The notes under the pieces were generated by a model. The model was not told the origin of the DNA, did no database searches, and saw nothing but the letters and a program-made list of their open reading frames with translations. Shown here piece by piece: positions 8,744 to 17,533 of a DNA stretch of 64,000 bases. Origin of the DNA: a virus. The stretch's first letter is position 1. The number at the start of each line of letters is the position of its first letter. The translations under genes and the position numbers were made by a program. The stretch is taken from IMG/VR virus record IMGVR_UViG_3300029258_002996, one strand, 5' to 3'.

Positions 8744-10310
8744 CTTCCGTCACCTTGTCCAAGAGGTTTTTCACCATTTTTTCGGCATACTGCATATTCT
8801 TCTCGTCCTGCTGATTGCGAAACGTTGAAGACGGATGAACGCAAACCGCCACTTTCGCCTCGATTTGCCCGATCATACCAGTCGGGCTCTCCAGTATTTC
8901 CCCGCAGTGCTTGCGCACACGGCTTCGATACGGCGTAAGCTGCATCATAGCCTCGTTCCCGAACGCAATAATAAACTTGGGGCGCAAAAGATCGATTTCG
9001 GCTCGTAAGTACCTGGAGCACGCCTTGATCTCTCCGAAAGTCGGCGGTCGGTTGTCCTGTGAGTAGCATTTGCAAGTGTTCGTGACCCAGCACTCGTCGC
9101 GAATGAGCCCGACGTTCGCCAAGAACTTTTCGAGACGACTCCCCGCAGGAGCCCCCGGAAAAAACGGTTTCCGATTTATCAACTCCTGCTCACCCGGGTT
9201 CCGACCGACGATCATGATCTCGCAGTTTTCGTGCCCCGAGGGAAGCGTGGGGCCGAATTCGGCACAATGCGACCTCAGCTCGCATTGGGCACACTCCAGC
9301 ATTGCATTATCGACTTCCAGCAGAGAGCCCCAGGAGGGCCTCTCAGACGGCGCGCAGTTCTCCATGTAGTTCACCATACCCTTCAGGTCGGCGGAGGACG
9401 TAGGGAGCAGCCTCTCTTGCTCAGCGTAGGATTTGCCGAACCGCTCGTACATCATCCGCACCCGGAAATCTTCCCGAGCGAGCGGCTTCTCGACCTCTTC
9501 CTTGAAAATGAGCATCTCGGCAGGGGAAAGGTAATAAATCGCCTCCCGCAGGGAGGGGATTTTCACAAGCCGATAGGTCTCGGCGATAAGTTCACCACTT
9601 TCCAGGATCCGAGCCGTGGTCTTGCGTTTCGACAGCTCTTTGATTTGATCCTTGTCAGGGAAGCACAAGGTACCGAGGTGCTCGTACTGCGCCAAGAGCT
9701 TTGCACCGGTCTTCGCCCCAATTCCCTTGACTCCAGGGATGTTGTCCGAAGCGTCACCCATCAACGACTTGAGATCGGCTACGCGCTCGGGCTCCACGCC
9801 AAAGGCGCTCTCGACGCCCTGCTCGTTGAACAAGGTGGAATGTAGATGATCGTAAACCAGGACCCGGGAGCTGACGAGCTGCCACAGGTCGCGGTCGCCG
9901 GTCGCAATCACTATCCGAGGATTTTGCCTGTTGTACAGGAGTGAGTAGTACTCGGAAAGCCACCCGAGCACGTCATCGGCCTCGACACCCGGAATAGTGA
10001 TCTGGCGAACCCCTACGGCGTTGAAGTAACGGCGGACGTAGCCCATCTGCTCTTTCACGAGCGCCAAGTCGACATCCTCGCGCTTCTTCTCCAGTCGGTC
10101 GGCCTTGTAGTCGGGGTAGATCAGCGAACGCCAGCGGGACTTTCCCCTGTCCCAGCAGATGACAACCTCTTGAGGACGGAAACGCTCCAGGATCTCGTAG
10201 AAGTAACGCACCACCTCCCCGGCGATACGGGATTCCTGGCTACTCTTGCGTTCGGCATAGGCCGCTCGCCAGACAAGAGGGTTTCCGTCTACCAGTAGAA
10301 CACACGGCAT
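8736..10310 (-). CDS. 5'-3' exonuclease (PolA/FEN) fused to a family-4-like uracil-DNA glycosylase domain
   Basis: LVDGN, YPDYKADR, EADDV, TGDRDLWQL, GDASDNIPGVKGIGAKT; then CAQC...GRNPG...TNTCKC...EIKAC...HPS. Confidence 0.88.
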   Translation of the reverse strand: MPCVLLVDGNPLVWRAAYAERKSSQESRIAGEVVRYFYEILERFRPQEVVICWDRGKSRWRSLIYPDYKADRLEKKREDVDLALVKEQMGYVRRYFNAVGVRQITIPGVEADDVLGWLSEYYSLLYNRQNPRIVIATGDRDLWQLVSSRVLVYDHLHSTLFNEQGVESAFGVEPERVADLKSLMGDASDNIPGVKGIGAKTGAKLLAQYEHLGTLCFPDKDQIKELSKRKTTARILESGELIAETYRLVKIPSLREAIYYLSPAEMLIFKEEVEKPLAREDFRVRMMYERFGKSYAEQERLLPTSSADLKGMVNYMENCAPSERPSWGSLLEVDNAMLECAQCELRSHCAEFGPTLPSGHENCEIMIVGRNPGEQELINRKPFFPGAPAGSRLEKFLANVGLIRDECWVTNTCKCYSQDNRPPTFGEIKACSRYLRAEIDLLRPKFIIAFGNEAMMQLTPYRSRVRKHCGEILESPTGMIGQIEAKVAVCVHPSSTFRNQQDEKNMQYAEKMVKNLLDKVTEDA

Positions 10311-10384
10311 ACCCCTAATCTACCGAATTGGTCTTGAAAAATGATCTAAATTAGACAAAAACAGCCCAAACAAGGTGGAGATAG

Positions 10385-10702
10385 TCACTTTCCTCCCCGA
10401 TATTCCTCTGTAGTTCTCCAGCGGCGTTTTTCCCATACCCGATCTGCGCGTTCTGCCCGCAACTGATGGGCTATTGCAACCGCATCTGAAGATAAGCGGC
10501 ACCAATACGCACCACGTCTTCTAGAATCGAGATCTTCGGAGCAAATTCGCCCAAATTTCACAAAACCAGCCTTGTCCCATTCTTGGGCTTTCGAGAAATC
10601 CGCTCCGTTCATGTTGGCCCCGTCAACCGTGCCCCCGTAATCAGTGGCTCTAGTCTCGAAGTACAACAGTAAAGACTTCTCTTCTTTGGTCAATTCAGTC
10701 AT
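10385..10702 (-). CDS. Hypothetical protein
   Basis: 105-aa ORF preceded by AAGGAG. Confidence 0.65.
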   Translation of the reverse strand: MTELTKEEKSLLLYFETRATDYGGTVDGANMNGADFSKAQEWDKAGFVKFGRICSEDLDSRRRGAYWCRLSSDAVAIAHQLRAERADRVWEKRRWRTTEEYRGGK

Positions 10703-10739
10703 TTTATTCTCCTTCTGGGGAGGAAATGTCCTCTTGTCT

Positions 10740-11141
10740 CTACTTCTTCGTCTTCTTGACCCCGTACTTGGAGCGTCCCTGGTTGCGCGGCATGATCTTA
10801 TCCTTCTCCTGTCGGACCCCCTCGCAGTCGGTGCGCCGCGCCCCCCGGATGACGTGGTACCGGACGCCCGGAAGATCCTTCACACGGCCCCCACGGATCA
10901 GGACGACGGAGTGTTCCTGAAGATTGTGATCGATGCCGGGTATGTAGCAAACCACCTCCTTACCGTTGGTCAACTTCACCCGGCAGCATTTACGATTAGC
11001 CGAGTTCGGCTTCTTCGGCGTCACCACGTAAACCCGAGTGCAAACACCTCGCTTCTGCGGGCAATTTCCCAACGCAGGGGACTTGCTCTTTTGGATCTTC
11101 TTCCTACGCCCGTGTTTCACGAGCTGCTGAATCGTCGGCAT
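10740..11141 (-). CDS. rpsL: 30S ribosomal protein S12 (uS12)
   Basis: Full-length: [49 protein letters not shown]; AAGGAG 5 nt before the second ATG (11141, MPTIQQL). Confidence 0.98.
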   Translation of the reverse strand: MPTIQQLVKHGRRKKIQKSKSPALGNCPQKRGVCTRVYVVTPKKPNSANRKCCRVKLTNGKEVVCYIPGIDHNLQEHSVVLIRGGRVKDLPGVRYHVIRGARRTDCEGVRQEKDKIMPRNQGRSKYGVKKTKK

Positions 11142-11376
11142 CATGTCTCCTTCTTGCGGACTTCTCTCGTTCTCGCCGCTTGCTTATTGCGTATTTGGTT
11201 GCGCGTCGGAAGCTTGCCAGCTCCACCTTACAGAGATCCAGCGCATTGTAGATCTTAGCGTTGTGTACGCCCGCGTCGACCATCTCGGCAGTAGCGGCGT
11301 CCAAGAGCGCCTGGACACGTTTCGTCGCTTCCAATCGCCGCTCTGCATCCTCCCCGCCCCACTTGTACTTACTCAT
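11104..11376 (-). CDS. Hypothetical protein overlapping the 5' end of rpsL
   Basis: 90-aa ORF; its last 38 nt lie inside rpsL in another frame. Confidence 0.55.
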   Translation of the reverse strand: MSKYKWGGEDAERRLEATKRVQALLDAATAEMVDAGVHNAKIYNALDLCKVELASFRRATKYAISKRREREKSARRRHDADDSAARETRA

Positions 11377-11419
11377 TACAATCCTAACTTAGAAAACGCC
11401 TCACCGTGCTTTCGCATCA

Positions 11420-12505
11420 CTAAATGGGATCGACCCTCAGTGCGAAAGTGTCGTCGTTCTGAACGATCTCCTCGACTTCGCGAATGAACTCGTCAGGAAC
11501 GAGCTTCTTCGCTTTGGCCTCTTCCCACTTCTCGACATCGAGGGTGAAGCGCAGACAGTTCGAGGCCCAATCCTCAGCCGAGTTGGTAAGGAACTCCTCG
11601 ATCTTCTGAGTATCGCGCTTGATCGCAGGCTGCCCGGGGGTACGGATCAAGTGAGCCTTGTAACCGAACTCCTGAACGACGAAATCGCCTTTCTCGGGCT
11701 CGGACTCGGTACCATACTCGCGCACAAAACTCTCGATGGATCCGCGCTCCTCGCTGCTGACTTGTTTGAACTCTTTCTCGGCGGCGGACTTGGCCTTTTT
11801 CGCCTCTCCAAACCGCTTGATGCTCGGTTCGTAGCTCCTCAGAGCCGCCTCTTTCTTCTTCGCGCGTTCGGCTTCCTTGCGCTTGCTCTCCTCTTCTGCG
11901 GGATCCGTCTGGGGAGCCGCAGGAGGAATCACCGGAGGAGGCGGTGCAATCTGAGGGACCATTCCAGGCACCTCCAGAACACGCAAGCTGCCCTGGAGCA
12001 CGGCCTTTTCCGGAACCGCCCAGATAGCGCTGCCGCCGCGAACAGCGCAGAGCAGGGAAACGGAGCCATCCCCGGTCACTGAACGCTGTACCACCTTGGC
12101 CGGGGGGAGATTGTCGGCGGTCTGAGGACTCCAGTTTCCGGTCGCAGGATCCCTCCAGTAGAGGGTTCCAGTCAGCTCGATGATCGAGCCTTCCGGAATC
12201 TCCGTCAACTTCGGGGGAACCTCGACAGGAGCCGGAGTGATGGGCGGCAGCCCCTCTGCAACCGGAGGAACCGGACTATCTTCCGAAAGATTCTTCGCAG
12301 ACGATTCGGGCTGCTCACGTTCCGGCTTTTCCGGAGGGGAAATCTCCGGAGGAGCGGCTTCGGAAGAAGAACCTTCAGGGGAGGCAGAGTCATTCACCTC
12401 CTCCGAAAGCTCGATCCCCTCTTTGTGGACCTTCCCCATGTGAACCTTGAGACCGGCCACTGACTTGAAAGGTTTCTTGCAGATACTACAAACTTGGGTA
12501 GACAT
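11420..12505 (-). CDS. C2H2 zinc-finger, Pro-rich protein with a Gam/gp157-like C-terminus
   Basis: CSICKKPFKSVAGLKVHMGKVH; Pro/Glu linker; coiled coil then IKRDTQKIEEFL...LDVEKW...DTFALRV. Likely start ATG 12505 after GAAGGAG (ORF extends to 12580). Confidence 0.55.
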   Translation of the reverse strand: MSTQVCSICKKPFKSVAGLKVHMGKVHKEGIELSEEVNDSASPEGSSSEAAPPEISPPEKPEREQPESSAKNLSEDSPVPPVAEGLPPITPAPVEVPPKLTEIPEGSIIELTGTLYWRDPATGNWSPQTADNLPPAKVVQRSVTGDGSVSLLCAVRGGSAIWAVPEKAVLQGSLRVLEVPGMVPQIAPPPPVIPPAAPQTDPAEEESKRKEAERAKKKEAALRSYEPSIKRFGEAKKAKSAAEKEFKQVSSEERGSIESFVREYGTESEPEKGDFVVQEFGYKAHLIRTPGQPAIKRDTQKIEEFLTNSAEDWASNCLRFTLDVEKWEEAKAKKLVPDEFIREVEEIVQNDDTFALRVDPI

Positions 12506-12659
12506 GTTTCTTCTCTCCTTCTGCCCTACGATCCAGTCGAGAGCTTTTTCCGCGAAGTGCGAGACCACATCATCTACCATACCAAAACCCTCCTGTAAAC
12601 TTAGGATGGCAGTTTGTTCATACTACAGAGAGGGGAATCTCTTCCCCCAGAAACCCATA

Positions 12660-13259
12660 TCACTTTTTACTTCTCTGACTCCACCTACGTAGAACTGAAC
12701 GAGAAATTACATCTACAGCAAACGCAGTCATGGAGACCCCGGCAAGCTTCGCCAACCTCCTAAGCATATCGTGGATACTTTTCGGAATCGGCAACAACAT
12801 ATTCTGAAACTCTTCAGGTTCGTACAGAACGCCGGTCAACTCCCATGAACGCCGGGAGCCGGATTCAAAGCCCCGAACTACTCCAAGCTTCCTCAATATT
12901 CGTAGGTTATTCCCAAGCTCCTTGGGAGACGGGATTTTTTCGTTCATCTTGAAATAGTGGGCGATTGCCTCCTCGATGAATTTTCTATCCTCGGCGGAGA
13001 CTTCTTTCCGACTACCGATCTTGCGCCGGTCGACGCCTTCGTAACGCTTTTTCCAGATGGTGGAATAGTAAGTGTTTAATTTTTCGATAAGCACGTCCAT
13101 ATCATTCGCAGAAACTCTTCCGGAATGACGGCGCGTACACATTTTGAAGTAGTGCGCTAGCATTTCGGACGATAGGAACTCCTCATCATAGAGAATTTCC
13201 ATCGCCCAAATAATTAGGATCCGCTCTACGTTTACTCTGTCGATACTTTTTCGGGTCAT
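12660..13259 (-). CDS. Putative DNA-binding regulator (C-terminal ribbon-helix-helix-like)
   Basis: LLPIPKSIHDMLRRLAKLAGVSMTAFAVDVI. Confidence 0.5.
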   Translation of the reverse strand: MTRKSIDRVNVERILIIWAMEILYDEEFLSSEMLAHYFKMCTRRHSGRVSANDMDVLIEKLNTYYSTIWKKRYEGVDRRKIGSRKEVSAEDRKFIEEAIAHYFKMNEKIPSPKELGNNLRILRKLGVVRGFESGSRRSWELTGVLYEPEEFQNMLLPIPKSIHDMLRRLAKLAGVSMTAFAVDVISRSVLRRWSQRSKK

Positions 13260-13287
13260 CTACTTTCTCGCTACAGCTACTACCACA

Positions 13288-13315
13288 TATATACCAGAAT
13301 AGTAGATCCTGTCAA
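13288..13315 (-). promoter_or_regulatory. Sigma70-type promoter
   Basis: TTGACA then TGGTATATAT about 16-17 nt downstream, intergenic. Confidence 0.5.
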
Positions 13316-13360
13316 TAGTTACAAAAAGGTGATCGCTGAAATTAAAAGGCATTTTCTCGT

Positions 13361-14290
13361 TCACTCCCCATGATATCGAGACTCCTTGTACTCCTCCCAA
13401 CTCATGCTCTTAAGGGCTGGCTTGAAATTCACCCATCGTGCGAAGTGGGCTTGGAGTTTCGTGGGCGGAGTTCCTTCTCGATCTATGTAGGGCTGCGCAT
13501 GAGGGTCCACGTAGAGCGTCTTCAGAACCTTCAGCCGCTCTAACGCCTCCTCGATGTCCTTCACCAACATGTAGCAACAATATCTGGCCGGAGTTACGTT
13601 ATTCCATCTCAGATTCGCCACTGCCTTCACCGCGTACTTGATCTGACTCTGGCTATCGCACGCGATCCGGAGAGGTTCGAGCCATTTCACCTTCGCCAAC
13701 AACCGCGCCATCGAATCGTCGATAAAGCGAGCGTCAAGACCCTGGTTGAAGTCCACTTTGACACCGAGCTTCGCGATTTTTTCTATCTGGGCGATGCCGT
13801 GATCGCTGGCGAGGATGTTGTTGTCCATAATGATAACGGAATCGTGCCGCAGGAACTCCTCGATGTCCGCGTGCGCTCGAAGCTTCCCCTCCTTCTCCGG
13901 TACGAAACAGAAACTGCACTTGCGGTCGCAACCTCTCGTGAGAAAACCGAACGAACTCTTGGTTTTGTATAAGTCGTAATCCGGGCAGATATGCTCAATC
14001 TCGTCGGGAAGCCATTCCGTGTAGCCGTAGCCGAATCCTCCACAACGAGCTGTAGGGGGAAGGTCCGGGTCCGCCTCGGAATACGTAAAAACCCGACTGG
14101 AATAGATTAGGTCGAACGGCCCCGGATCCGCCGGAATGAACCCTTCAATACCTTTGAACCACCCGACCGAGTCCCCGCGAGCTTTGTGCCACGCAGAGAG
14201 CTTCATCAACGCCAGATTGGGGAATACGTCTCTCTTCCTTTTTTTAGAAATAGGGGTTGGCTTATCAGGTGTGTGTAGTCCGACTCGCAT
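13361..14290 (-). CDS. Radical SAM protein (phage type)
   Basis: TRGCDRKCSFC (CxxxCxxC), PNLALMKLSAWHK, MDNNIL, DFNQGLDAR. Confidence 0.88.
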   Translation of the reverse strand: MRVGLHTPDKPTPISKKRKRDVFPNLALMKLSAWHKARGDSVGWFKGIEGFIPADPGPFDLIYSSRVFTYSEADPDLPPTARCGGFGYGYTEWLPDEIEHICPDYDLYKTKSSFGFLTRGCDRKCSFCFVPEKEGKLRAHADIEEFLRHDSVIIMDNNILASDHGIAQIEKIAKLGVKVDFNQGLDARFIDDSMARLLAKVKWLEPLRIACDSQSQIKYAVKAVANLRWNNVTPARYCCYMLVKDIEEALERLKVLKTLYVDPHAQPYIDREGTPPTKLQAHFARWVNFKPALKSMSWEEYKESRYHGE

Positions 14291-14441
14291 CGATGCGCGC
14301 TCCTTCCGAGGACCCCGCCCTGTTTTTCTTTCGGAAATCCTCTGTAAGGATTTCTACCAGAACAAGACTCGGGGATCCACCTTAAAATCTCGGCGTCGAC
14401 TCAAAAAGTCAAAACACCGGAAATTACCAAGGCACGCCCGA

Positions 14442-15461
14442 TCACTTCGATTTCAGACCGATTTCTCCTTTTTTCAAAGCCTTGCGACGCAGTTCCACGC
14501 GCCTGTTTCTCGCCTCCTTCATTAGGCGCTTTTCCCTTTTGTACTGTCTCTGCAACTCCCTTATTTGACCCTCTTCCGCTTCATAATGATCTCTAGAGTA
14601 AGATAGGAGATTCACCTTATTGTGCTCCTTGCTATAGTTGTTGTAGATCTTATTCAATAGCTTGAGATAATAATCTCCATCAGGCTGCTTGACCATCAAG
14701 TGGTGGTGAGTGCTTACCTTCTCAAGAAACCGAGAAGGACGAAACTTGGGATTCCGCGCCAGTGCGACAAGTGCGCGCACAAACTCAATCCCGGTAGCGA
14801 ATTTAGCATTTTTTGGATGCTTCACCGCCAGCACGGCGGCGCTCTTACAGGCGTAAAGCAACTCCCCAACCTGATTTGCGAACGCCTCATCCGTCACCAC
14901 GAACTCCTCCTTGCGCACTGTGTCGTTAACCATCCCCCCGACACCGCCAAGTAGGTACGAGGCTACCTTGAAGCCACACCCGTGCTTAGCAACAAACGCC
15001 TCAAGCTTGTGATAGTCCTCACTGCCGCCTCTCTCATACGCTCCTGAGAAGCCCGGAGCGCTCCATGCCTTGGAGGTGGCCTCTTCGTGGTAAGTGCTCA
15101 CCTCGGTATTGTCAATCACAAACCAGATGGGGAGTGCCATCTCTCGGGCAATACAGAATCGGTGATGTCCGGATACGATCTCCAAGCGACCATCCGCGAG
15201 AGCCTTCACCCCTATGGGATGGCGCTTGAGATGCCCATGAAGATCGAAGGACTCTCTTAACAATTCGGCTCGGATCGTCTCTACGCGGTTTTTCTCTCCC
15301 AACAAGAAACGGTCGTAATCCCAAGTCTTGAAAACACCGCCAACTTCCTCAATCCACGGCTCCTCCCCCGCTAGCCCGGCACTCTCGATTTGCCGTGCCA
15401 TAAGGTCGGACACTTCTGCCCTTGCGTCGCTTCTCTCCTTTGGATTTCCCATCTTCTTCAC
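14442..15461 (-). CDS. ParB/Srx-like N-terminal domain protein
   Basis: NR...LRES...HPIGV...LEIVSGHHRF. Confidence 0.7.
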   Translation of the reverse strand: MKKMGNPKERSDARAEVSDLMARQIESAGLAGEEPWIEEVGGVFKTWDYDRFLLGEKNRVETIRAELLRESFDLHGHLKRHPIGVKALADGRLEIVSGHHRFCIAREMALPIWFVIDNTEVSTYHEEATSKAWSAPGFSGAYERGGSEDYHKLEAFVAKHGCGFKVASYLLGGVGGMVNDTVRKEEFVVTDEAFANQVGELLYACKSAAVLAVKHPKNAKFATGIEFVRALVALARNPKFRPSRFLEKVSTHHHLMVKQPDGDYYLKLLNKIYNNYSKEHNKVNLLSYSRDHYEAEEGQIRELQRQYKREKRLMKEARNRRVELRRKALKKGEIGLKSK

Positions 15462-16546
15462 TCCCTTTCGTTTGATTCTTCATTGCAAACTTCCCCCACC
15501 GAATCTTCTTCAGTTTCAGAAGAGTCGATGAAAAAATCATCCACTTTGTACCAAAATGGAATTCCCAGCTTCTTCGCCACATCAAACAGATGTTTTCCAT
15601 CCACAACTTCGTATTTTCCGTCTTCCCGAGATTTCACGATTACCGGCTTCGACTTATCGAATCCGGACGCTTCCATAAAGTTCTGCAACATGCGTTTTTT
15701 TCCTTTGACTTCTTTATACGGAGGCACTATAAAATCTTCGAAATTAGAAGACTCCTTCGCTAAGATGATCTTTTTCTTCTCTTCGTTTTCGTCCAACCAT
15801 TTTCGAAGAAGAGCCCACGCAGCTTTACGTTCCGGATCGCCATTCTCAATCCGGGACATCGAATCAATCGCGCGTCGTGCCCAACCAAGTCCTCTAAGAG
15901 GTGCAGTACATTGTTTCATCGACTGTTCTCTTTTCTTCTTCCTGCGTTTGGACGCAGCAATATACCCAGGTGACTTTCTCTTTGAAATTTGATCTTGTAG
16001 TATTGGATCCGGATCTACTTTATCGCGCACGCGAACACCGCAATGCTCCGCATACATGGGACCTTTTCCGTAAAATTTCCCCAAGCGAGCCCTAATCTGT
16101 TCGGTAACCGTCCCGTTGTTCCTGACTACTTTTTCAGGAAAACCCCGCTCAATAATGGCGCTCACGTATTTCTTGGAAATCCCGGGATTTTTCGCGTTGA
16201 GCAAGTTATGACGACGACCTACCGCCACTTTGAACGCATCTTTGTCGAGAGTCTCTGTAATTTTCCCATTCGCTAGCTGAGCCGCCATGACATAGTCCTG
16301 AGCGTCGTCGAAGGTGATGATGTAGTCAGGGGCCATCACGATCTTAGGCTCAATTCCCAGCTCTTGACAGATCCGATAACGTTCGTGTCCTTCAAGAATT
16401 ATAAGATCGTCACTGTCCTTATCCGCTTTCCATACGACGAGAGGTTCTTTCAGCCCCTCTTTTTGAATACTCTCTTTCAGCTTCCGATAGGCGGAAGCCC
16501 TCAGAGGGGGAAGCGGCTTTTTCAATAGCGGGTCTATCTTAATCAT
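15458..16546 (-). CDS. Protein with two ParB-like domains
   Basis: LKESIQKEGLKEPLVVW...ILEGHERY at the N-terminus; GFDKSKPVIV...EVVDGKHLF at the C-terminus. Confidence 0.72.
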   Translation of the reverse strand: MIKIDPLLKKPLPPLRASAYRKLKESIQKEGLKEPLVVWKADKDSDDLIILEGHERYRICQELGIEPKIVMAPDYIITFDDAQDYVMAAQLANGKITETLDKDAFKVAVGRRHNLLNAKNPGISKKYVSAIIERGFPEKVVRNNGTVTEQIRARLGKFYGKGPMYAEHCGVRVRDKVDPDPILQDQISKRKSPGYIAASKRRKKKREQSMKQCTAPLRGLGWARRAIDSMSRIENGDPERKAAWALLRKWLDENEEKKKIILAKESSNFEDFIVPPYKEVKGKKRMLQNFMEASGFDKSKPVIVKSREDGKYEVVDGKHLFDVAKKLGIPFWYKVDDFFIDSSETEEDSVGEVCNEESNERE

Positions 16547-16645
16547 TTTTACCCATACGACTGCTTACGATTGCACGGCCTCCATACCCTTACAATACCA
16601 AACAGGTAGCTCCGGAGACCTGCGAAATCTCAAACTCAGCCTCTT

Positions 16646-16674
16646 CATATACTACAGAGCCGGGGGTCTGTCAA
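16646..16674 (-). promoter_or_regulatory. Possible sigma70-type promoter
   Basis: GCTATA-TTGACA-17 nt-TATATG; the GCTATATTGACA context is shared with the promoter at 17488-17516. Confidence 0.4.
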
Positions 16675-16719
16675 TATAGCGGAAAGAAAAAATTTAGCCA
16701 ATACGTATCGGAATCCGAA

Positions 16720-17469
16720 TCAGGGGTGGCAGATGTCGAACGGGTCTGCGGGAAGGTCCCTGCAAAGTTGACCCGGAGGGCATTGGTCGTCGTGGCCGCA
16801 TTTTAACGTACAGTTCCGACCGGTCACCAACGCACACTCTCCCTGAGCATCGTATGAATGTTCGCAACCTGAGATCACATCCCCGCTTATCGGATCCTTG
16901 CACTCCCGAGCGCAAACCCCAAAATCAGAAGGTGTGATAACCAAGCCGATACAAGGAGACCCGTCGTTGCAATCCTGACCGCGAGGATTGCACGCACACG
17001 GCCACCCCGAGTTCAGCGGACACGGCTCTCGGCATTCACACACCGTCCAACCCATCCGGTCCGGTCGACATTCTTGCGTACCCGGATCCGCAGGAGGGCA
17101 AGTACAAATTTGAGTTTCCCCAGGATCGCACACAAAGCCGGTTCCGGTATCGCTGCCAGTTCCGGTATCTGAGTCAGCGTCCGTGTCGCCATCCACATCG
17201 AGATCAGCATCTCCGTCGAGATCCCCATCGGAATCCGAGTCGGAGTCTCCATCCGCGTCCAGGTCTGCACCACCGTCTGCGTCAGAATCCGTGTCCCCGT
17301 CACCGTCCGCATCTCCGTCCGAACCGGGTCCATGCACAGACTTCTCGGAATCCTGAGAATCGACCGCTGCCTGAAAATCAGTGTCGGTGTCTGCGTTCTC
17401 CCCCGGCTCCCCCAGCTCCGCGTTGCAGCCCAGAAACACAAAGCTCAAAGCCAAAATCCAACAAGTCAT
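16720..17469 (-). CDS. Lipoprotein with Asp-rich linker and Cys-rich domain (moron)
   Basis: Signal peptide with lipobox FLG|C; DxDxD tract; about 20 Cys in the C-terminal half; GGAGG RBS and own promoter. Confidence 0.75.
   Translation of the reverse strand: MTCWILALSFVFLGCNAELGEPGENADTDTDFQAAVDSQDSEKSVHGPGSDGDADGDGDTDSDADGGADLDADGDSDSDSDGDLDGDADLDVDGDTDADSDTGTGSDTGTGFVCDPGETQICTCPPADPGTQECRPDRMGWTVCECREPCPLNSGWPCACNPRGQDCNDGSPCIGLVITPSDFGVCARECKDPISGDVISGCEHSYDAQGECALVTGRNCTLKCGHDDQCPPGQLCRDLPADPFDICHP
17137..17319 (-). repeat. Low-complexity D-(G/A/S/T) dipeptide repeat
   Basis: DGDADGDGDTDSDADGGADLDADGDSDSDSDGDLDGDADLDVDGDTDADSDTGTGSDTGTG. Confidence 0.85.
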
Positions 17470-17487
17470 GGCACACCTCCTGAAGCT

Positions 17488-17516
17488 ACCTTACCAAGGA
17501 GTTGGACTCTTGTCAA
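17488..17516 (-). promoter_or_regulatory. Sigma70-type promoter of the lipoprotein gene
   Basis: TTGACA-17 nt-TAAGGT with TG extension; same hexamers as the primase promoter. Confidence 0.68.
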
Positions 17517-17533
17517 TATAGCAAAGAGTGGAG

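Noticed and set aside
10700-10739. CCC AGA AGG AGA (PRRR) after rpsL as an rpsG remnant
   Set aside because: No start codon, stops within a few codons, and AGAAGGAGA is simply the RBS also used by neighbouring genes.
10740-11141. Streptomycin-resistance allele of rpsL
   Set aside because: The classical positions K42, K87 and P90 are wild type.
10700-11200. rpsL as evidence of host chromosome (str operon or prophage boundary)
   Set aside because: No rpsG, fusA, tuf or rpoBC nearby; phage-type genes continue on both sides on the same strand.
11400-11420. TGCGAAAGCA hairpin as a third copy of the leader element
   Set aside because: Only the common GAAA tetraloop matches; the CCCGC/GCGGG hairpin is missing.
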